A stretch of 61,238 nucleotides of DNA from Hypanus sabinus. Its lineage: Eukaryota. The position numbers and the translations under genes are program-made. Position 1 is the first letter of the stretch. Each line of letters begins with the position of its first letter. The notes below the pieces were generated by a model. That model saw only the letters and a list, made by a program, of their open reading frames with translations. It did not search any database and had not been told where the DNA came from. This document shows, one piece after another, positions 26,871 to 39,276 of this stretch. Location: contig NW_026781447.1 of the NCBI RefSeq assembly GCF_030144855.1, positions 248,001 through 309,238 of the forward strand, written 5' to 3'.

Positions 26871-27959
26871 TAACATTTCCCACACAACAGCTTTGCACAC
26901 AGTTGTTACTCTACAACCACTGGGCTCATGAAACAGTCTGAATAACCTCATTAACTTCAGTTCTGAAATGCTTCCACAAGCTATTGCCTCGCTTCTGAGA
27001 ACACTACAACTCATGTTCTGAGTGTTAGTTTTTGTCTGTCCATCAGTCAAACTCGCTATCTATCCATCCATTCATTCGTTCCTCATTTCGTATATTTTTG
27101 TTTGCACAGTGTGTCTTCTATTGCACATCTCTTATTTGCATAGTATCATTGTCGCACATCACGACAATGTTTCAATTGCTCTTCTCGGTTGTGCTTTGGA
27201 TGCCAGTGAGAAAAGTAACCTCAAGGCAGTATTTAGTAACACAACAGAGTTTGATAATAAAATTAATCTGACTTATACTAGACCGCATGATCAGTGATCC
27301 GACTGACAGAGAGCTGGAGAGTTCGGAATTCACCGATGACCATGCTGAGAGATTGGACATTGATGTAACACAGGGAGAGAATGCAGCACAAGGGGAAGAT
27401 CACGTGGTCGAGAGAAATCGTGGCAGTGTGTTCCCTCGTGAGAAGAATAGACTGGAGTCTGCGGCAGGAGACGGGAGTCTACTAGGCTGTGCTCTTCAAT
27501 CCTCCAACCAGTATGTGATTAGCAGAAAGGCTTCAATACGTTCTGAAGGTAAATGACTCAGTCAAAAGCAAAACACCTGTAAAAAAACGAGACATGCGAA
27601 TAATATATTCAGGTAGTGAAAAGGAAATGATCTTAAAAATGAAAATTTTGTGAATAAAAAACCCTACTAAGCATAAAAGATGGGAAAAATATTATTGCCA
27701 GCCTGCCGGGTTATTGCCGAAGATTGCTTGCTATCCAATTAGTATGGTAGATATAGGGAGAGCTCTCCGTGGCGAGTGTCTTTTTATTACGAGGTCCATT
27801 TACTTGCTAGGATGTTCAATGGGTTGTTAATAGAATTTTAACTATGGCAGAATCGATGAAAGACCGCACCCACTTTGGCGATCAACTGGTAAGAGTAGGA
27901 ACAGCAGCTCGGAACTTTCAGACTATTCCGGTGCTGTTTGATAATGTGGCCCTCTGGAG

Positions 27960-28350
27960 ATGTCCATAAACTTTACTGCGTAGGCTCTTTTCTGAATAGA
28001 CAGCGCTGATCTGTGGAATTCCACAGCACTCGGTGTTCGGATCGCTTCTTATCCCGTTCTGCGTCAATGATTTGAATGAAGGGTTTGATTGTTTTCTGAC
28101 AGGATTTGCTGATCCTGCGAAGATAGATGGAAGGGCAGGTCGAGCTGAGGAAGCAGGGTGCTTTCAGAAGGAATTGGACAGACTATGATAATAGGCAAAT
28201 AATTTGCAGAAGGAATATAATGTAGCGAAGTGCCCAGTCTTAATCTTGGGCGGACGAAATAAAGGCTTGGAATAATTTAACAACGGGGAAAACATTGAAG
28301 AGATCAAACGTGCTGAGTCCCATGGGAGGATTTTCAACAGGAAAATATGC
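27960..28350 (+). mobile_element. Decayed CR1 ORF2 (RT region) fragments
   Basis: cagaaggaattggacagact...ttgcagaaggaatataatgtagcgaagtgc...ggcggacgaaataaagg resembles LQ..LDRL..WA..WQM.YNV.KC....GRRN. Confidence 0.6.
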
Positions 28351-28399
28351 AGAAAGGTGAGGAACACAAATGCAATGTCAGCATCCATCTGCAGAGGAC

Positions 28400-28745
28400 A
28401 GGAATATATTTAAAAAAACACTCTTTAGCAACATATTGGTCTGTAAATTCTCCCTGGTTCCGGACTGACAATCAAGTGGCACGGGTAGCACTCCCGAGAT
28501 CACAACCCTGCCGACCCTGTCCTTTAACTTCGTTCTTAACACCTTGATATACTTGTTAGGAACATCGTCACTCATGTAAATGGCACCTACAGAGACCACG
28601 ATATCCAGCTGTTCACCCTCCCACTGAAGAATGCTGTAGACTGGACCGAAGTATCCACGAGGTTGTTGCCTACAGAACCTCCTGTCTGCACCACTACCTA
28701 GCGAATATCCTATCACCACAGAGTGCCGGCCGGTACCCCGCACAC
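28400..28745 (-). mobile_element. CR1 ORF1 SGNH-esterase fragment
   Basis: VVIGYSLGSGADRRFC...ILQWEGEQLDIVVSVG...LKDRVGRVVISGVLPVP matches the CR1 ORF1 esterase VVIGDS..RGxDRRFC...GEGEQPxVVVH...RVVISGLLPVP. Confidence 0.75.
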
Positions 28746-29379
28746 ACACCGCCCACTTCCCTTCTTAGTCGCAGCTGCAAACTGAGTGATAGAGACCCGA
28801 GCACTGTGACTGATCTCTGTGAGGGCGCTGGATCAGGGATCCAATCGCAGACCCTGCACTGTGTACACTGTGATATTTATTGAGTAACAAATTCCGACGT
28901 GCAAACAAAGCCGGCGTCAGAGTTCAGACAGAGATCAAAACCAGGCAGAGAAATCCCGAACCCAGAAAAGGGTAACGGGCAGAGTCGATATTCAGACGGA
29001 CAGAGCAGAAATAAGAATGCTGACAGGGCTCAGGAAAATTCACTGGCACAATCTGGCATCCAATAGGTGAGAACACAGTCTTGATATACACTGAGAAATT
29101 AACAGAGAGGCAGATGATAGGTGGAATACAATGAGACAGAAGTTGAAGCAAAACAGATCATAATGTGAAACAGACGAGGGACGGAGTACTCAGTAATACA
29201 GTGGCCGGAGCGGACTGGGATCGGGGTCAGAAGCACATGGGGCATGAAAACAAACATGAGCAAGTGGCAATACAAAGCCACAGTCTGGCGGCTTGGAGGA
29301 ACTCACACATTAAAAAAAAACAGAAGGTTCAATTAGAAGTACTGACACCCGTTCAGACGTTTCTCCTTCCTGACTGTCA

Positions 29380-29620
29380 TCCTGTCTCCTGCGTCCTGCA
29401 CCTTGTGTTTCACTGCCTATCTAAATGTCCTGTCTGTCCGTACTTCAGCCTCCCGAATGATCTGGAGCTCGTCCATTTCCAGCTCCAACTCCTGACCGCG
29501 GATTTTCAGAAGCTGCCGCTGACCGCACCTCTCTCAGCTGTAATTGTCAGGGACACTGGAGGTCTCCATGCCTTCCCACATCCCGCAAAAGAGCATTCAG
29601 CTATCCTGCCTGGCATCTCC
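29380..29620 (-). mobile_element. CR1 ORF1 N-terminal (zinc-finger/coiled-coil) fragment, probably the same element as 28400-28745
   Basis: Minus strand gives ETSSVPDNYS-ERC..RQLLKIRGQELELEMDELQIIREAEVRTDRTFR. Confidence 0.65.
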
Positions 29621-30294
29621 GGTATCCCATCTGAGCAAATAGAAAGAAGAGACGGTCCCTGGTACTACCCGTTTCATTGGTACGTACATGCTCCACGACG
29701 TCTGGCTCTTCACCCTTCCTCTTAAGAGTTCTGAGCGCGATCAAATATATCCTGGACGGTCTTGCCCAAAGACACTGCTCTCTTTAATAATGATTCCCCC
29801 ATCTCCAGAGTGTGATTTAGACCTCCCCCATACTCCCACAACACATCGCCTGATTTGATCTCAGAGCTTTCAATGCTACAAACGCGCATGCCGCGTTATC
29901 AGTGACTCACGATTGCCTACAGCTACCGGCATCTGAATTTCAATTATATTCTCAGTTTTGTGTCCTCTTACAAATACGACACGCATCCGTGGTCAGCGGA
30001 CTGCTGGGATTATTAGATACACTTACAAGCTGCATTTGCATTGCTTCTCTGAAATCTGCCAATAAAGGGTTAACTGTACCTGTCATTCAGTAGAACTTCA
30101 TGAAGAGAGTGTCCGTGGGGATTGTCGACGTCACCGCGGAGGTGTGGCTGTTGGTTTCCTGGTCTATTAATATGTCTCCCTCACTGCGGCAGATTCAGTG
30201 AGAGCAGCCAGTCTACGCTATCCGAGATCAACGAGCTCCAGATAGAGAGAGGTCAGAGGCTGAATCGGGAACGGTAATCTGGTTTATCCCAGCA

Positions 30295-32160
30295 ATGGAT
30301 CATAATCTGCAAAATGCATCGCAGGATGATGCGGGAATCGGGAAGAATATTTTCGGGGCGTTTCAATATCTTGTTGAAAATTATGAAGGGTTGACGTTGG
30401 ATTCTCAAATCGAATATGCTCTTTGGACCTTCCAAGTGATTTACTACCCTCTACCCGCCATTGTCGCTGTTCCTGGTAAGCTCCTCGTCTCTTCCTCTTG
30501 ATGAACGTTGAAAAATATAAGTCAGCTTCTCTTTCAAAACACTCCTCTAACGACACGCTAATTGCATAGTTGCTCTCTCAAAGCGGTATCACTTCCGCAA
30601 ACTTTGTTGATAGAAATTGTTTGCTTACAGAATACTGTTGCATACCCACAGTTTGAACACGGGTCGGTGGGATGATATAATGGTTTTCTGAGTGGGGTCA
30701 TATAAAGCCGTTCTGAGTGGGATGATGTATTTGTCTCTTGTATTTGTTGCCGGGATTGGGAATGAGAATAGGTTGACTGAAATCAACGTTTTTGTCATTG
30801 GAGCGACTTAGGATATTGGTGTATCAGATGACGAGAGGCATTAATCGTGTGGATAGTCAGAGGCATTTTTCCAGGGCTGAAACTGCTGGCACGAGAGTAC
30901 ACAATTTTAATATCTGCAATTAAATACAGAGGAGTGTCGGAAAGGTATTTTACACAGAGTGTGATTGGTGCGTGGAATCGGCTGCCGGCATCAGTGGGGG
31001 AGGCGGGTATTCTCCCGTATCTATTGAGGCCCTGACGAATCAATATCCGCTACAAATCGTCCCAATGTACTGGCCACCAAAGGCGTCCGTGCCGATGAAG
31101 TCCACACATTCACCAGCCTCATTCTTTCGAAATTGCTCCCCATCTCTGTTTCAAAGAGCTAACGGTGTAAAGAATGGAAAATTGAGAATGTTTCCATCCA
31201 AAGGTGTGTTAAATGGTCATTACTTCCCTCCGCACAGTTAACGTGATGACAATTGTCACCCTGTCGCGGGGAAAGTGCGGTCTCTCCAAAGGCGTCACAA
31301 AGTACCTGGTAGCCATGGTAGCAGCGGATCAGCTCGTCGTTCTCTTCGATCTGGTATTGAGCAAGATTCCGATGACATACATTACAGACGAGGTTTTCCT
31401 CTGGTCGGAACGTGTTGCCGTGTGCAAAATCCACGCCGTTGTGTTTTACGCCGCCACGGACTGTTCTGTCTGGTTTACCGTCACTTTCACCTTTGATCGA
31501 TTTGTCTCCATTTGTTCTCCGAAGCTGAAACGGAAGTACAACACCGGGAGAGCGGCGGCTCTGGTTCTGGGGACAGTGACTCTTCTGAGTTGCCTAAAGA
31601 ACGTTTTCTGGTACTTTTTGCTCGATGGGTCATATTCGCTAATGACTTCGCCCTTGCTCTGTATGCTTTCATTTCGTTTTTCCATGCCTCAGGAGGCAAC
31701 AATTCTACTGATTCATTTCCTCCTCACCCCAATATCACCCTTTATCTTGATTCTCCTTTTAAACTGTTTAACCATCAGACACGTCTTCGTGGCCAGCCAA
31801 GCCCGGAGGAGACTCCGTGGTTCGCGCGATGGCGAGACGCCCGCCGACCCGGAGATGAAGAACCGCAGGCAATCCCTCCTGTTACTGCTGGCGATGTCGG
31901 GGAATTTCATCCTGCTGTGGGCGCTGCTGACGGTGTATTCCTTATGGCAATGTCTGTATGTTTACATTTACCCGACACCATCCACTTCTCTGCGGGAGCT
32001 GGGTTACATGCTGCAAATGCTGAGCTGCTGCACCAACACGGCCCTTTACGCCGTGGTCCAGGCCAGGTTCAGGGTGCAGCTGAAGGAGACGGTGAAATCT
32101 CCCTTCCGTCTGATGACAAAGTTCACTCGGCTTTGTCAGGACCGCATGAATCCTCGGTGA
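30295..32160 (+). CDS. Intact two-exon class A GPCR, GPR139-like family (367 aa): exon 1 30295-30475, exon 2 31238-32160
   Basis: Donor CCTG|GTAAG at 30475/6 and acceptor cacag| at 31237 are phase-1 compatible, giving IYYPLPAIVAVPVNVMTIVTLSRGKCGLSKGVTKYLVAM. DRF motif (TFTFDRFVSIC), seven hydrophobic segments, TM7 LSCCTNTALY, N-terminal NAS sequon. 181+923=1104 nt ending in TGA, with no internal stop. Confidence 0.88.
30815..31030 (+). mobile_element. CR1 3' fragment inside the GPCR intron
   Basis: gtatcagatgacgagaggcattaatcgtgtggatagtcagagg...gaaaggtattttacacagagtgtgattggtgcgtggaa. Confidence 0.65.
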
Positions 32161-32329
32161 CGCGTCTCCCATACCGTCACGAAATATCCTTTTTCGTCAG
32201 TGTCATGTGCAGTTGCACTGAGCTGTGGACAAACCCGATTAGCTTCCGCCCTCCCCAAGATACACAATCAGGGACGTGTTCCGAATCTGACCACTGTGTT
32301 CCTTCCAGTTGACTTTCTCTAAGATTTGT

Positions 32330-32690
32330 TGACCTGGCCTGGTGGTATGAACACTGAATTCTCCAATTTCCGGTAATTCTCTACCCCGACCCCTTCACGT
32401 ATCCCAGGTCCCTCTGTGCCTCTCTCCACTTTCAAATTTCTGCTTCATCGTCTCCGCAGTTCTTTCATGCTTATCCCCACCCTTCCCGCCTTTATCTTTC
32501 CTCTGGTTGGTTTTCCACCGTCCACTAACCCCTCCACTATCTCTATTACTGGGCTTCGGTCCTCTCTCCCCACCTCCCATTCCTGATGAATGGTCTCGGC
32601 CCGAAAAGTTGGCTGCTCCTTTCTCACGGATGCTGTCTGACCTGTTCAGTTCTTCCAGCGTTGTGTACGTATTCTAGCATTATCTGCATG
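32330..32690 (+). mobile_element. Penelope-like 3' remnant plus SINE-like tail
   Basis: cctggtggtatgaacactgaattctccaatttccggtaa (PGGMNTEFSNFR*), then a pyrimidine-rich tract and cggcccgaaa...gatgctgtctgacctg. Confidence 0.55.
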
Positions 32691-34519
32691 AGAAACTTTA
32701 ACATCAGAATCGCAATACGACCCTTGTGCCCTGCCGGTATTCCGTGCGGCCCGAGCACCTGCTCAGGTAAGGCCGGTATCGCTCCTTCTGTTTATTCTAC
32801 CGAGATTTTTTGTTTCCAAGAGCCCCAGCCTTTGAACTGTTCGGGAACACTGGGTACCGTGGACCGGATCCATTTGATCCGGGCTCCTTGGGAATCCGTC
32901 TGTAACCTTGAGAATAATTCAGTAACTCGCACTCGCCAAACCACCCGCCCAGTGGCAGTGACAGCGCTTCTCCTCATAGATGCTGTCTGGCCTGCTGTGC
33001 TCCAACAGCATTTTGTGTGGGTCGCCCAATCGCCGTTCGTCCAGTTCCAGCAGCAACTGTCATCGCAATGCCTTATGGTAAATAATATACATTCTTAGAT
33101 ACTTTGTGCAGCAATGGTCCAATCTGTCTATTTGGATTCAGTACAGTGGGTAGGTGGGAAGGTGATTGCTGAGGTAAAGCAAAGCATGTCAATGTATTTA
33201 TTGAGTTCGGGACGAAATGTGAGATGCTCTCAGAAGTAGGGCTCCAGCATTAATACCTTCAGTTGGTCTGGGTACATCAGCGCTTTTACCCACTGCTCCG
33301 TCAGGAATATCATCTTGCACTGGAGTATTTCTCCTGAGATACTGATTGGTACGGAACCTCTCCGAAACGCCGACGCGCATCTTTAGTTCATGTTCGACGG
33401 TGACTTTTTGTTCTTTTTTCCGGGGTTTGTGATACACTTTACTGACTCGGATGCATGTGGCTTAGTAGACTAGTAATCTTTCAGACGACACACATAAAAC
33501 CATTTACTCTGAGACAGACACAAAGTGACGGAGGTTCTTCGGGCATTAATTTCAAAGTAACTCCACAGAGCACGGCCTCTACATAGAGAGTAGTGGGAGC
33601 ATGGGGTTCACCTCCTGGGGTGGTGGTGGAGGCACTAAGACCAATGACCTTGAAGACATACCGAAACAGACATGAGCCTAGGAAGAAGTTCTGATTGCCA
33701 ATTACTTTTCATTTATCCTCCCGGATTTCCTAATTCTGCCTCGAGATCCCCACGTTCATGCGGATTTTTGTATGTTCCCCTTGTGACCTTGTTGGGCTTC
33801 CTCCGGATAATCCAAAATCACGCGGGTTCAGTGGATTATTTGGACGTAAGCGTGATCCTCTCTGGCCAAACGCTAATTTTGGGGTTGCAGCTGCAGGGGT
33901 GCAGGGGGCGCTGTTGCACAATGATACACTGGAGTTGATTCATCATCAGGTTTAATTGGGCTGCCTGTGGTTTTCTGAGCTGACGGCTGTTCAGCTTACT
34001 AACGTTTCGAAGATAGTTCTGCTTATTTTTGTGCTTGTCTATCTATCTATCTATCTATCTGCTTTTTGATCGATTACTTTCTTTGTCTATTTCCTGATTT
34101 TCTTAACTGCTTGCTTTCTTTCTTTTTAAATACAGTCCTTCGAGACGCTCCACCCGCCCACCTCAGATTTAATCCCCGTGTAATAACGGCGCATTTTGCA
34201 ACCGGCAATTAGCCTACTAACCATGAAATCAGTGGACTGCGGAAAGAAAGCGGAGCAGAGTGGGAAAACGAAGAAACTTCTTTCGAACAGCAGCGTCACC
34301 TGATGTACCTGATGTCCCTCTCCCGCCACTCTTGAGCCTCTTCTCCCCCACACGCCACTGATCTGTTCATTCACAATCTCGCGCTTCCTTCATCTTATTT
34401 TCTTCTTGCTTCTATCCCTTCTCTCCTCTCCCCCACTTACAGCCCTGCTCCTCATCCCATTCATCAACTTGCCTTTCACATCCAATTCCGGTCCCTGTCC
34501 ATCAGTGTTTTTCCCACTG

Positions 34520-34800
34520 AGCTCAAATATGGCCGCTGTAGTTATGGAACCACTTTCTCGGGGAAATAAAGTACTTACTTCGACCTTTACAATTTTATAA
34601 ACCCGTATGTCGTCAGCCGCTCCAGTGAAAATAAACACAGCCGATCCATCTTCAATCGATCTGCTGTCGTCCTATCCAGGAAACGTAACAATGAATATCT
34701 CCTCCTCTCTTTCTATTGTCGCACAAGTTTCCTGTCCACGCTATGTGCAATATTCCGATTCAGGTCCAATGCACCTTCAGTTCAGCACAAAATCTTACAC
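34520..34800 (-). mobile_element. Decayed CR1 ORF2 fragment
   Basis: Minus strand gatggatcggctgtgtttattttcactggagcgg...gtttataaaattgtaaagg (RLxLFSLE...VYKI). Confidence 0.55.
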
Positions 34801-35380
34801 CTTACGCTCAGTGCCCTCGACAAGGAAGGGGAGGGCGTTTCTCCTTTCTCAGCGACGATGGTAACCGGACGCAGTAACGTCCCCTGTGAGTTAAAATAAT
34901 CCTGACATCAAACTATGGACGGCGAAATCCGCAGGGGTAATTTTTATTATAAATGCGATCACAAGCAAAAACAAAAATAAATCCGGTTGACCAATAATAG
35001 TTCCAATAATTGCAGGACTTCCGAAAAGCAGGAAGAGCGTCTCTTCCGGAAAAGAGCAGGTAACGGAAGCGTCGAGTCAGGGAAGAATGAAAGGAGCGTC
35101 TGTTTAATGAAATTCCACTGCTTCATTTGCACATCATACTCACGTAAATCGTTGTCCGTCCGGGGCTTGTAGGAGAGCGCTGGGGGTGCATGACGTCACA
35201 ATGCTGATGTAAGAGCTGGCATCTTGCCAGAAGCTTGGCCATCTGCTCTCTCACCGTTGTTACAAATCCCCTTCAGCTTCCAGTCCACACCGCGTTTCCT
35301 CTGTCAAAGGCAAAGGTAGACAAGACGCGACCACACGGCCAAGTGTGCTTGCTCAGTCACGCCTTTTACAGGCAGCCTGG

Positions 35381-35419
35381 GGTTGTTGTCGAGCTCTCCC
35401 CTCTCGACGCGTCACTGTG
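35381..35419 (-). other. 23-RSS: CACAGTG / 23 / ACAACAACC
   Basis: Read directly, abutting the V coding end. Confidence 0.9.
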
Positions 35420-35810
35420 TAGACTCCAGGCGCAGAAACACACGGCCGAGTGATTCACCTGCCGGCTATTGGTCACCAGTTTGTACTCGTTCTTTTTAAA
35501 CGTCAGCAGGGTAAATCCATCGGCTTTCTCGTCTGGTTTCTTAATGATAGCACCCTTGTTTTTGAACATGAACTGCGGTCCCTGCCCCGGGTACTGGCAG
35601 TACCAGTACACGTTATAAGTGCTGCTGCCCTCCACGTTGCAGGACAGCGCCATCGGATTCCCCAGATATCCGGAAAAAGCCGGTGGAGACTGCCGGATAG
35701 TTTGCGAGTTCGCGGCTGGGGAAGAGAGGAGCGGAGTATGACATCAGTAGGCAGGTACTCTCTGATCACGGAGAGAGAGAGAGAAGGAGAAATGCGGTTA
35801 GCAGAGGCAT
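35420..35810 (-). pseudogene. TRBV: TRBV30-like V segment, probably defective (leader 35810-35770, V exon 35715-35420)
   Basis: Core LSCNVEGSSTYNVYWYCQYPGQGPQFMF...SAVCFCAWSL. The FR1 motif TIRQSPPAFSG lies in a different frame from the core, the only nearby leader donor (GTGATC) is out of phase, and WYR>WYC and YFC>CFC changes are present. Confidence 0.8.
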
Positions 35811-37057
35811 ATGGGGAAAAAGAGAAAGAGACGGGGAAGTTATAGAGAGAGTGAGAGAATAGTATAAAATAAATATAATTGGATGGACTATGATAATTAA
35901 CAAAACAGCTCAGCGATACAAAAAGTGAGCAAAGACCATGATATAGAACGATGGGGAAACATATGGTGCAAGAGTAAACATAGCACAGAAAGGGAAGTTC
36001 AGAACTGCTTCCTTAAACTACTCACAAATTCAAGCTGTCCTTTACCCTGAAGCCAGATCAGCAGCTCGAATAACACGAACATCTTTCAACTTAGGCAGTT
36101 TCTTCCAAGCGGAAGGGCGATCGGAATGAACTTGTCACTGTGAACGGACGAAGCTCCGCCCCTCAACCATACGTCACTGAGTAGCGAGACTGGAAGCTTT
36201 GAGTTTGAATGGTGTCGGGATCAATACATTTGCAGATTCGGATGTCAGTCGAGAGGCTGGGCCCCAGTCCAAGTTCAGCAGGAAAACAGTAGCTATCCGC
36301 TCAGTCCTGGACACGACGATCTGAATTCAATGTCACAAATTTAGCCATCGTACCGTTTTGGGAGGCTCGGAGGAGAATATAAGCAGGGAAGTACCGATTA
36401 CGTTCAGCAGCAAGACTGATTAATTTCGTATATGGTGGTCCAGAGTGCGTTTTCCCGAGTTGTTCGTGAATTGCAAATAGCTGAGTTGTAGATTATGTAT
36501 TACAGACGCTGATCTCTCGGCCCACAAGTTTATTGTTTGAGAGGTGCAGATGGCAGGGTCGTCTGCTAGCGCATTACTGAATCAGACCCTTCGGTCCAAC
36601 TGGCTCCCGTTCAGCCACCCAGTCACCGCATCACACAAGACCACGTATTCTGAACCACCAGATTCATGTCTCACGTGCGCTCACTGTAGTTGTCTCCATC
36701 TCTTTCCCTTGGTCTCCATTTGTCCTTCTCGCATTTTCACAGCAACTTTTCGTTTCATTTTATTTCCTTCTCCTTGGTCTCTATGCCAGTTCATCTTCTC
36801 TCTCTTCCCCTCTCTGTCCATCTCTCTCTCCTTTTCTCTAGTTTTCTCTCTCGCTGTCTCTATCTATCACCCACTCTCATTCCTCTCTCTCACTACTCTC
36901 TCTTTTTTCCTCTCGCTGTGTCTCTCTTTCTCTCTCCCCACCCCCCTCCTCTCGTTTAATTCAGCTTTCCGTCTTGCTGTTTCACTTTCACTCCATCTCA
37001 TCTCTGCGTCCGGTGATCTTTATTGAATAACTTCTTCTTCCCGCGTTATATTACCAG

Positions 37058-37353
37058 ATGCGAGTTCGGAGATTACGCGCCATATCCCCTCCGCTGTTTC
37101 TCAGTCTCTCGGCGAGGCGGTGACACTCCAATGCATCATTGAGGACGGCAGAACTTATCAACTATACTGGTACAGACAGTACCCGGGGAAGGAGCCGCAG
37201 AACCTATTCTGCTCCACGGCTGCTCCAAACGTGATCCCGGACACGGAGGTAGAGGAGTTCACCGCCAGCCGGCCGAGTGACGCCGCCTTCAGTCTAAGCG
37301 CCTCTCGCCTGCAGCTGAACCAAACGGCCACATATTTCTGCGCTCTCAGTCTG
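37058..37353 (+). pseudogene. TRBV: TCR V exon with open frame but no proximal leader ATG (ORF or pseudogene)
   Basis: Acceptor accag| at 37057, then ASSEITRHIPSAVSQSLGEAVTLQCIIEDGRTYQLYWYRQYPGKEPQNLF...FTASRPSDAAFSLSASRLQLNQTATYFCALSL. A leader-like FRLAVSLSLHLISAS ends at donor G|GTGATC (37012/3) but has no nearby in-frame ATG; the intron would be only 45 bp. Confidence 0.8.
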
Positions 37354-37391
37354 CACAGCGACTGACGACGATGGAGGACCCGAGAAAAACT
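37354..37391 (+). other. 23-type RSS: CACAGCG / 22 / AGAAAAACT
   Basis: Read directly. Confidence 0.8.
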
Positions 37392-39276
37392 CAACAGGGC
37401 AGTTGGTGGCGACATTAATTCACATTGAAAGCGAATAGTTCACAGTCTGAAAGGGAAAATTCAGACAGCGGCACGACAAAAACGGCAAGCAGCATGATGC
37501 CGAGGCAGCCGATTATTCCAGTATTTTCAGATACTTAGGATCCACTTACAGTGGCAAGCCCCCTTTGTTTTCTCGTGAGTTGTTCTGGCTCCCTCGCCAA
37601 ATTGCAAACAGGTTGCTGGTTAACTTTAATGTAAGCATGTCCTTCTTTGTCTCCTTTCTGATCCTGAGGATGATCCGAGTCTGCCGCAGGGGGCGCTACT
37701 GAACTGCGAATGCAGAATCCTCGGTCGGAATAGCACCTGCGTTTTGAAAGCCTCTCGCTGAAGCTGGCGTCCTGAATCATTTTCTTACATCGGCTTCGTG
37801 GATTCCATTCACAGGGCTTCATGAGAGGCCGGTAGTTCGGCATAGTTTGCCGTATAACCGTTACCTTTTCAAAGAGAATAACGTGATATTCGACATTCAG
37901 ACACCCCGCCCACTATCCTTCCCCTAGTCTAAGTCTCAGTAACACCTCCCATGTCTGTGATAGTGAAATACAATAGAATAAATAAAAAAAGAACAGGTAA
38001 TGGCCGAAAGAAGAAAGACTATGTAAATACAACAAATAACTGAATGTATAGTTAAATAGATACTGATAGATAAATATAAAGATTGATTGATACATTCTGG
38101 ATAAATGAATAAATAATACTGAGATCGGGTGCAGTGTTGCGATCAGAGAACTTACCATACACTGATACGGGAATCTGACGGCGAAAAGGAAATGATCGTT
38201 CCTGAACCTGCTGGTGCAGGATCTAAGGTTCCCGTATCTCCAGCCCAACTCCAGCGAACATAACCTGGGATGGATGGCAAAATCCATGTCGATTGATGCT
38301 GCTCGCTGTTGAGGGAAGGGGGAAAGAAGATATAAGTGTGCGCTTGCGTGGAAATGTTTCTCCGTCCTTCATTTGAGGTCTTGGGTTTCCTCCGGGTGTT
38401 CCGGTTTCCATTCAAAAGATCAAAGTACCGGTTAGTAGGTTCATTGTCCTGTGAGTAGGGAAGTGTTAAAGTAGACTGGTTACAGGGCGACACGACTCGG
38501 TTTGGTCGGAAGCAGCTATTCTGTGCTTTACATCCAGATAAATACCTCGGAGCACGACGCTCTCTGGCTCCCCGCACAGGCCCGGAGAGTTCATTACAGG
38601 CTGTAACTGGCTCGTGTTGCTGCCGTCTCGTTTATCCAGCTGGCGGTGTTTTATCGCGACAGCCACTGAATGCCCAGAGTTACGCCTGCAATACGAGTTC
38701 TCTCTGTCATCATACGGGCTCATATGCGTCAAGTGGTATATTTATCCGATAATAAGCCGCCTCTCTGCTGCCCGGTTTCCTGGACCGTGGACGTTGACTT
38801 TACTTTCATATGCATGTCAAGGTGAATTTCGCGTCGAAGCTTAATTTTAATTGTTACTGAAACATATATCGATCCCCATTATTAGAGCCAAACGCGACAG
38901 TATAACACCGGGGCCAGGATGACAGCCACAGTACCATCAATCACACAAAACACAGGGTGAAATAAGGTCACCTGAAATATATATTCTAACAGTCAAGTGT
39001 TCATGGGTGTTGCAGGAATACAACGTTTTGTCTGTCGGGTGGACGCTGGGGGGCAGCACCGACTGAAAACTCGACGCCGCGCCACACTGACTGCGGTGCA
39101 GCTTACGGACTCCGACGCTTCTCTGCCGGTCGGGAGTCAACGAGCGTCACCGTGGCTTCAGGCCGAGTCTATTGTCCTACCGAGGCCAGGTACCGTCCAC
39201 GCTGTTCTCTCCTACGGTCTGCTGACAGATCAGCGAATCCAATTTTGCTGCCTTCCACGTTAGCATTTTCCTACAG

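Noticed and set aside
33200-33660. Possible V relic on the minus strand (AVLCGVT..., PPSL, TACTTCTG then CACATTT)
   Set aside because: The acceptor-to-YFC distance (~340 nt) is too long, there is no conserved C/W frame, and no nonamer; too weak to call.
35191-35198. Perfect CRE TGACGTCA
   Set aside because: Not positioned upstream of any identifiable leader; an 8-mer can occur by chance.
39023-39063. D-like arrangement ACGTTTTGT-12-CGCTGGG-GGGCAG-CAC
   Set aside because: The 5' heptamer lacks the essential GTG and there is no 3' nonamer.
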